Translations under genes and position numbers: made by a program | IMG/VR virus record: IMGVR_UViG_3300025127_007751 | Location: 968-64,967 of that record | Strand: one strand, 5' to 3' | Origin: a virus | Taxonomy: Duplodnaviria; Caudoviricetes | DNA length: 64,000 nucleotides | Shown here: piece after piece, positions 58,303 through 64,000 of the stretch | How positions within the stretch are numbered: the stretch's first letter is position 1 | How the letters are laid out: each line of letters starts with the position of its first letter | The notes under the pieces: model-generated | Databases searched by the model: none | The model's input: the letters and a program-made list of their open reading frames with translations, nothing else | Told to the model about the DNA's origin: nothing

Positions 58303-60015
58303 TTATAGAGTATTTAGTCCAGCTACGTTAATTAATCCGTAGAATTCTGGTCTTACCATTTTCTTAGCATATCTAGTTAATAGACCTTTTCTAGGTACGA
58401 ACGTATCTGGATCGTATACTAGAGGAGTCATAATTAACGGGATATATGGAGCGAATACAGCACCACTTTCTAGGAACTGAGAACCTCTATATCCTAATAG
58501 GATTTGGTTAGCAGTCATATAAGGGTTTTTGTAAACTTTTTGTCTGTCATTTAATGCACCTACTTTTTGTACACCAAATGCATAGCTCATTTCAGCAGCA
58601 TCACCATTAGAAGTTGAAGCAAATCCTGGAATTGATTCTAGGATAGTTGCAACTGTTGGAGATACTACCATAAAGTTAGCACCACCTCTAAGTGTTTTCT
58701 GATGAATAATATTACTTAACTTTTGGATTTTAGTTCCTAAAGTTTGGAACCATTGTCCTTGGCTATTGTAGAATCCTAGATCTGATTGTACTATTGTAGC
58801 ACCAGTTCCAGTGATTGCTTGGTTGTTAACAGCTGACCAATTTTCTGTTCCTGCAGCAGCAGAATCAATCAACATACTTAAGATTTCCAAGTCTATTTCT
58901 AATGAAATATACTCACTTAAGATTGAAGTTAATTCAGCTTCAGCATCTAGAGCATGGTAAGCGTTAAGATCTTGAGCGAACTCAGGCGTCCAAACAGCTT
59001 TTAGTTTTCTAGTTTTAGCAACAATAGCAGATGATTGCATCTGAATGTTGATTTCTGGAATAACTTGGTCTGGGCAACAATCCTTGCTCTCATCGTTAAA
59101 AGAGTTTGGTTGTGAGTTACCAGCTTCAAAATCACCTCTAAATCTATCAGTTGGTTGTAATTGATAGTTTACCCATACAGATCCTGTAGCGGCATTACCA
59201 CCTAAACCAAATTTAGATTTTGATACAACAAAAGTTACATTAGCACCACCATCATAGTCAGTAAATTCTGATACCTGAGCACCAGGAATTGTACCATCTG
59301 ATCCAGTGATAACTGCAGCTGAAAGAGAACCTGTGAATATGTTGAATCCTTTAACACCTTCAAAATCACCAAATGATAGTGATGAAGTAGGTACTGTTAA
59401 AGCCCAATAGTGACCAGCAGCAACAGAAGCTGAAAAATCACTATTAAAATTCGCCTGATCCCAAGTTGCGTCAGTTGCAACTAATCCAGTTTGTTCAACT
59501 TTTGATTGTGTATTTTGGACTGAATATCCAAATCTACCTGATCCGTAAAGACCACCTTCGTTTGTATTACCAAAAGGAGCATTGTCTGCATCTCTATTTC
59601 CATATAAAGACTCACCAGCACCGAAAGGTGTTTTAGCGCTTCCGTATTGGAAATCTAGATAAAATACAAGACCTGAAGGTAAATTCATAGGTTGTACAGA
59701 TACGAATTCTTGAGCAGCGATTTGTCCGAAGACTTTTCTAACAAGTGGTAAAGCTACACCAGCCCACTGTCCACCAATGTTCACTCCAGTTTGTGATTGG
59801 AATGTACCAGATGAAACAGGACCGCCACCTGTAGAACTTTGCTCAACAACAAGTTGCTTAGCTTGATTTTCAAGGATAATTCCCATGTTATTTTTGTGGG
59901 CACCTTGTAAACCTTCTAATAAACCTGTTTTTTCCCATTTCCCTGCTAATTTAGCAGCATCACTTTGTAGTGATTGGTATGGGTTTGCACTTTCTAATAA
60001 AGAATTTAAACTCAT
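58303..60015 (-). CDS. major capsid protein (T4 gp23-like)
   Basis: KWEKTGLLEG, LENQ, VQPMNLPSGLVFY, AKTRKLKAVWTPEFAQDL, FAPYIPL, TRYA. Confidence 0.95.
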   Translation of the reverse strand: MSLNSLLESANPYQSLQSDAAKLAGKWEKTGLLEGLQGAHKNNMGIILENQAKQLVVEQSSTGGGPVSSGTFQSQTGVNIGGQWAGVALPLVRKVFGQIAAQEFVSVQPMNLPSGLVFYLDFQYGSAKTPFGAGESLYGNRDADNAPFGNTNEGGLYGSGRFGYSVQNTQSKVEQTGLVATDATWDQANFNSDFSASVAAGHYWALTVPTSSLSFGDFEGVKGFNIFTGSLSAAVITGSDGTIPGAQVSEFTDYDGGANVTFVVSKSKFGLGGNAATGSVWVNYQLQPTDRFRGDFEAGNSQPNSFNDESKDCCPDQVIPEINIQMQSSAIVAKTRKLKAVWTPEFAQDLNAYHALDAEAELTSILSEYISLEIDLEILSMLIDSAAAGTENWSAVNNQAITGTGATIVQSDLGFYNSQGQWFQTLGTKIQKLSNIIHQKTLRGGANFMVVSPTVATILESIPGFASTSNGDAAEMSYAFGVQKVGALNDRQKVYKNPYMTANQILLGYRGSQFLESGAVFAPYIPLIMTPLVYDPDTFVPRKGLLTRYAKKMVRPEFYGLINVAGLNTL

Positions 60016-60044
60016 TGTTTTAAATTTAAGGGTTATTAATTATT

Positions 60045-61427
60045 TTAAATTAAACCTGCTAATTTTCTCATTCTGTCATAGACAGCATTTGATTCAATTA
60101 TTGGTTTCTTAGCTTCAGATATTACACCTGTAGCTTTTGAAGCACTACCTTGTATAGGTCTTGTTTTAGATATAGCTTTATTAGCAATACCTTCATTTAA
60201 AGTTTCAAATACAATTTTAGCTTCCTTCACTGAGGATGCTTTGTCAAATGCTTTAAGCACTTTAACTTTTTTATCCTCTGATAAATTTTTAGACTTGAAA
60301 ATTTTGTTTGTGTAAAGGAGTTTAGCATTTAAAAGGTTAACTTCATTCAATTCTTTTTTAAGCTCTTCAATTTCTTGCATTGCTTCTTTGAATCTCATTT
60401 TTTCGGTTTCTTTTTCGATTTTGGAATCATCTTTGTCTCCATCCTCGTTTCCGACACCTCTTTCACCTTTTACTCTACTTTTTCTTTCTTCCATTTTGTC
60501 TTTGTCTTTGTCTCCATGAGCCATTTCGTCTATTTCAACATCAACATCAACAGAATCCTCTACTTCAACATCATCCATCATGTCCATCTCTTCGAATTCT
60601 TCGCCAGCTTCGATAGTTCCATCTGATACCATATCTTTAATGACATCTTCAATGAAACCTTTTAGATCATCTTCAGACATATCTTCTAGATCTACGTCTT
60701 CGTCTTCCATGTCCTCTTTTTCGTCTTTCATACCATCTAAATAGCCTTCTTCTTCGGCATCAGTTCTAGCATCTTCCTTAACGTCATCTTTGTCGTCAGC
60801 TTTCATTGCTTCTTCCATTTTGTCGTCTTCGTCTTTTGCTTCTGCTACCTTAACATCTTTCGCATCTGCACCAGCATCTTTTGCTAGTTTAGAAATTTGA
60901 TCCATGTCATCTCTTACAGCGTCAATTGCCTTGTCATCTTCAACTTTGTCTTTGATGTCTTTAGCATCTTCACCTGCGTCTTTAGCTAATTTAGAAATCT
61001 GATCGGCGTCGTCACGGATAGCGTCAACTTCTCTATCGATTTCTTTTTTATCTGAGTCTGATAATTCTTCATCAAGCTCTGCTAATAATTCGTCAAGATT
61101 AATCTCGTCAAGCTCTTCTTTAGCTTCTTCGACTTCTTCTTTTTTCATATCATCTTCTCCGTATTTTTTCATGGATCCATATTCGTCGACTTTTTTGTCA
61201 TCGTCCATAGCTTCTTTTTTTACGTCGTCTTCGCCGTATTTTTTAGCCATTTCTTCTTCCATTTTGTCGTCTTCTTTATCCATTTCTTCTAACTTTGCAG
61301 ATAACATTGATTTTAGATGAGGTGTAAAAGCTTCTTCAAGAGCAAGCTTAGCATTCGCAATTGCAGTTTCTTTAACAGTCTTAGCATCAGCGATTGCTTC
61401 TTTTAGCAAATCTCTATTTGTTGCCAT
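60045..61427 (-). CDS. prohead core scaffold protein
   Basis: Highly acidic; LNEVNLLNAKLLY; ends RMRKLAGLI; lies between protease and MCP. Confidence 0.8.
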   Translation of the reverse strand: MATNRDLLKEAIADAKTVKETAIANAKLALEEAFTPHLKSMLSAKLEEMDKEDDKMEEEMAKKYGEDDVKKEAMDDDKKVDEYGSMKKYGEDDMKKEEVEEAKEELDEINLDELLAELDEELSDSDKKEIDREVDAIRDDADQISKLAKDAGEDAKDIKDKVEDDKAIDAVRDDMDQISKLAKDAGADAKDVKVAEAKDEDDKMEEAMKADDKDDVKEDARTDAEEEGYLDGMKDEKEDMEDEDVDLEDMSEDDLKGFIEDVIKDMVSDGTIEAGEEFEEMDMMDDVEVEDSVDVDVEIDEMAHGDKDKDKMEERKSRVKGERGVGNEDGDKDDSKIEKETEKMRFKEAMQEIEELKKELNEVNLLNAKLLYTNKIFKSKNLSEDKKVKVLKAFDKASSVKEAKIVFETLNEGIANKAISKTRPIQGSASKATGVISEAKKPIIESNAVYDRMRKLAGLI

Positions 61428-61548
61428 AATCTCAAAAAATTAGTTTGTGAAATACGATTATTAAGAATCGTAATAAGAATTATTAAAAATTAACACCATA
61501 TAAGGGATGGTGTATTACGGTTATACGTATATGAATATTCCTAAAAAA

Positions 61549-62154
61549 TTAAAAAACTGGGCAAGAACCCTTAGAACAAAGAATTTCAGTTATTATTTTA
61601 TTTACATTAGTATAATCATAAGTAAAAGTTTGTTGACCCTCTTTTAATACTGACATAAATGAACCTGGGTTAGAAGGGGTTGAAACAAAATCCCAACATA
61701 ATAATTCAAAATCATCCTGTACCTCCATAACACTACCATTCTGTTCTAATGAACCCATACCTCTAGATGATACACCTACTGTAATTCCGTTTTTTATTAA
61801 TTCTTTTAATATATTACCTGATGGGGTAGGTAAGATTTCAATAGTCCCCATTAATTGATCTCCATCCCAATTATAACCAGTTACAATATGAGATACATTT
61901 TTTAAATTAATTACTGTTGATTCGGGGTGATCAAGTTCGCCCATTGAGCGTCTTTCTTTTACTAGTTGATCGTATTTTTCCATTTCACGATCCCATAACT
62001 CTTTTTTGTAATATCTACCATTACCATTTTTTACTTCAGCAGTAGCAAGGATACCTTCAACAATTAAGTTTCCGTTTTCCCTATTTACATTTTCAGTTAA
62101 TTGAGAAGGTGAAACTTTAATAGCATGTGTTTCTATTAATAGTTTCTTACTCAT
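61549..62154 (-). CDS. prohead protease (T4 gp21-like)
   Basis: NGNGRYY, GELDHP, VSH, GVSSRGMGS, WDFVSTPS. Confidence 0.92.
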   Translation of the reverse strand: MSKKLLIETHAIKVSPSQLTENVNRENGNLIVEGILATAEVKNGNGRYYKKELWDREMEKYDQLVKERRSMGELDHPESTVINLKNVSHIVTGYNWDGDQLMGTIEILPTPSGNILKELIKNGITVGVSSRGMGSLEQNGSVMEVQDDFELLCWDFVSTPSNPGSFMSVLKEGQQTFTYDYTNVNKIITEILCSKGSCPVF

Positions 62155-63500
62155 TACGATTGGTTTATAGCATATGCAGATGTAGACTGGCCTACTTTTT
62201 TAGGATCTAGAAATGGTTTTTGTTTACTTCTTGTTGGGTTATTTTTTTCATTCCAACTAACTGCATCCATTTCATCAATTTCTTCAGCTTCGTCTACTAC
62301 TTCAGTTTGTTGGTATTTTTTCCCGGACATTTTTTCATACATTTTTTCCATTTTAGCTCTTCTTTTTTCCAAAAGCTTAACTTCTTTCATCATATCCTTC
62401 ATTTTCTTTTTATCAATTAATTCTGCTAAATTATCATCTTCATTTATTGAATTAATTCTATCAGATTTTTCTTGAATGTAATTACTAAGAAATTCTAATT
62501 GAGCTTCCATTTTAGTTATTTCACCAGCTTTTCCTATTTCAGCTAATTTAGTATCAATAGATTCTTTTTTAGGTTTTTTAGCCATTGCTTTTTTAATTGC
62601 CTTATCTCTAGCCGCTAAGTAATCATCTGAATCAATGTCTCCGTCTCCATCATGATCCTTACCTTTTGCTTCCATAGTATCAGAATAAGATACAGCAGTA
62701 CCTTCATCTTCCATCTCATCCATAGGTAATTTTTCTTCCTCTTTTTCTGCCATCATTTGTTTAATTACCTGACCTGACATAGATGCTAAGGACATTGGGT
62801 TTCCACTTGTAACTACACTTCCTAATTCCTCATTAATTGGTTCCTTTGGGCAACATTCCTTATCTTCTTTTACTATTTGATAACTATCACCACCATCTTT
62901 TAATTTTTCACTAAATCCACTACCACCATAAGTTTCTCCATCATTTTCTTGTTGTTTTGATTCTTCGTAACCTAAGCCCTTGACACCAAATTGGCCTTCT
63001 TTTACATAATGTAATGGATCTTTAGCTAAGTTTTTAACAGCTATTTCTTTAGCTTCATCTAAAGTTAATTCTTTATTATAATTTATTTCACACTGTATAC
63101 CAGTTAAAACTTCCTGAGCATTAACATTATTAATATTTTCTACAGATGGGTCATAATCATAATTATGAGATTCAATATTTTTAACCTCTTCAGATACTTT
63201 ATAAGAACCAGCTAATTTATTATCCATTTCATATTTTAATTTTGGATCAGCTGATATTTTTTCTTCTCCTTCTTTAGTATTTACTTTAGTTTCTTTATTA
63301 ACTATAGGTTCTAAAGAATTTCCTTCAGCAATAAAACTTTCGAATTTTTTCCAAAATGGTTCTTTAGTTGAAGATTCCATTTTTGTAATAGGTTTTAAGT
63401 CTACTACTCCTCCTAATTCCTCGTTTATTACTTCTTTATCTTTTTTGGGAGTAAATTCTCCAGAAAGTTGTTTAAATAATTCGTTTGGTGTCTGTTTCAT
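62154..63500 (-). CDS. acidic head-module protein (possible prohead core/internal protein)
   Basis: AKEIAVKNLAKDPLHY, DHDGDGDIDSDDY EF-hand-like motif, coiled coil. Confidence 0.65.
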   Translation of the reverse strand: MKQTPNELFKQLSGEFTPKKDKEVINEELGGVVDLKPITKMESSTKEPFWKKFESFIAEGNSLEPIVNKETKVNTKEGEEKISADPKLKYEMDNKLAGSYKVSEEVKNIESHNYDYDPSVENINNVNAQEVLTGIQCEINYNKELTLDEAKEIAVKNLAKDPLHYVKEGQFGVKGLGYEESKQQENDGETYGGSGFSEKLKDGGDSYQIVKEDKECCPKEPINEELGSVVTSGNPMSLASMSGQVIKQMMAEKEEEKLPMDEMEDEGTAVSYSDTMEAKGKDHDGDGDIDSDDYLAARDKAIKKAMAKKPKKESIDTKLAEIGKAGEITKMEAQLEFLSNYIQEKSDRINSINEDDNLAELIDKKKMKDMMKEVKLLEKRRAKMEKMYEKMSGKKYQQTEVVDEAEEIDEMDAVSWNEKNNPTRSKQKPFLDPKKVGQSTSAYAINQS

Positions 63501-63503
63501 AAT

Positions 63504-63743
63504 TTATTTTTTATTCAATAATATAAAAATATCTTTAAAATAGTCAGAAATTAAATCTGTTCCTATCACTACATCAAAACTCTGTGGGTTTTCCCTGTAG
63601 TATTTTATAGTGTCAATTTTACCCTGACGTAATAATTTTTTTAATATATCTAGTTGATTTTCTAATTGATCGAATTTTTTAATTCGATTTTGTTGAAATT
63701 TTTCAACTTTATTATCCTGTTCATTAACTAGTCTATATTTCAT
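63504..63743 (-). CDS. hypothetical protein
   Basis: ORF downstream of a promoter-like motif. Confidence 0.65.
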   Translation of the reverse strand: MKYRLVNEQDNKVEKFQQNRIKKFDQLENQLDILKKLLRQGKIDTIKYYRENPQSFDVVIGTDLISDYFKDIFILLNKK

Positions 63744-63753
63744 ATTATACATA

Positions 63754-64000
63754 TTAAAAAAGTTTCTTAACTATCATTCCTGAACCTTTTTGTACATATG
63801 TACCATCTTTTGTTTTAGGGACTAATTTATATTTAAATTGTTTAGTATAAGCACTATCAGTAACTCCATCTGGGCCTGCTTTAGGTCCAGGTCCTAAACT
63901 AGCCCCTGGGTCATTACTACCTTCATCTACATTAGTTGTAGTTTTTAGTGTTTTTGATAATTGTAATGCTTTGTAATATTTTTGATTTTTATCTCCTAAT
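63754..64000 (-). CDS. hypothetical protein, 5' end outside the window (...GPGPKAGPDGV...MIVKKLF)
   Basis: Hand-translated open frame from the window edge to TAA at 63754. Confidence 0.6.
   Translation of the reverse strand, partial: LGDKNQKYYKALQLSKTLKTTTNVDEGSNDPGASLGPGPKAGPDGVTDSAYTKQFKYKLVPKTKDGTYVQKGSGMIVKKLF

Noticed and set aside
635-62420. Plus-strand ORFs (e.g. 635-1045, 21713-22243, 39532-39948)
   Set aside because: All are antisense to well-supported minus-strand genes and show no recognisable motifs

Overview
A 64-kb, AT-rich segment of a large lytic tailed dsDNA phage with T4-like myovirus architecture. Essentially all real genes lie on the minus strand. The host is very probably Bacteroidota, judging by TTTG-N19/20-TAnnTTnn promoters, no Shine-Dalgarno sites, signal peptides followed by Gln and an SSB tail ending DDLPF. 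In transcription order (right to left) the window holds: head module (protease, scaffold, major capsid protein); neck and tail-completion genes; two Ser/Thr-rich (Gly-X-Y)n collagen-like fibre genes; a GT4 + Aah/TibC-type O-heptosyltransferase fusion; tail sheath and tube; an inserted RadA-like ATPase; tail chaperones with a probable frameshift; tape measure; baseplate and amidase; a short family-A polymerase; split HldE (ADP-heptose kinase + adenylyltransferase); SSB, UvsX, 5'-3' exonuclease and helicase; class Ia RNR; an envelope/lysis block; a 7-deazaguanine DNA-modification cluster (DpdA-like, QueC, QueD, QueE, flavodoxin, FolE2, PRTase) with tRNA-Gln; a split family-B polymerase; sliding clamp; Hsp20, GroES and GroEL. 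The top candidate for a new system is phage-encoded ADP-heptose synthesis plus protein O-heptosylation of Ser/Thr collagen-like virion fibres. All protein calls come from motif recognition by eye; no database search was run.
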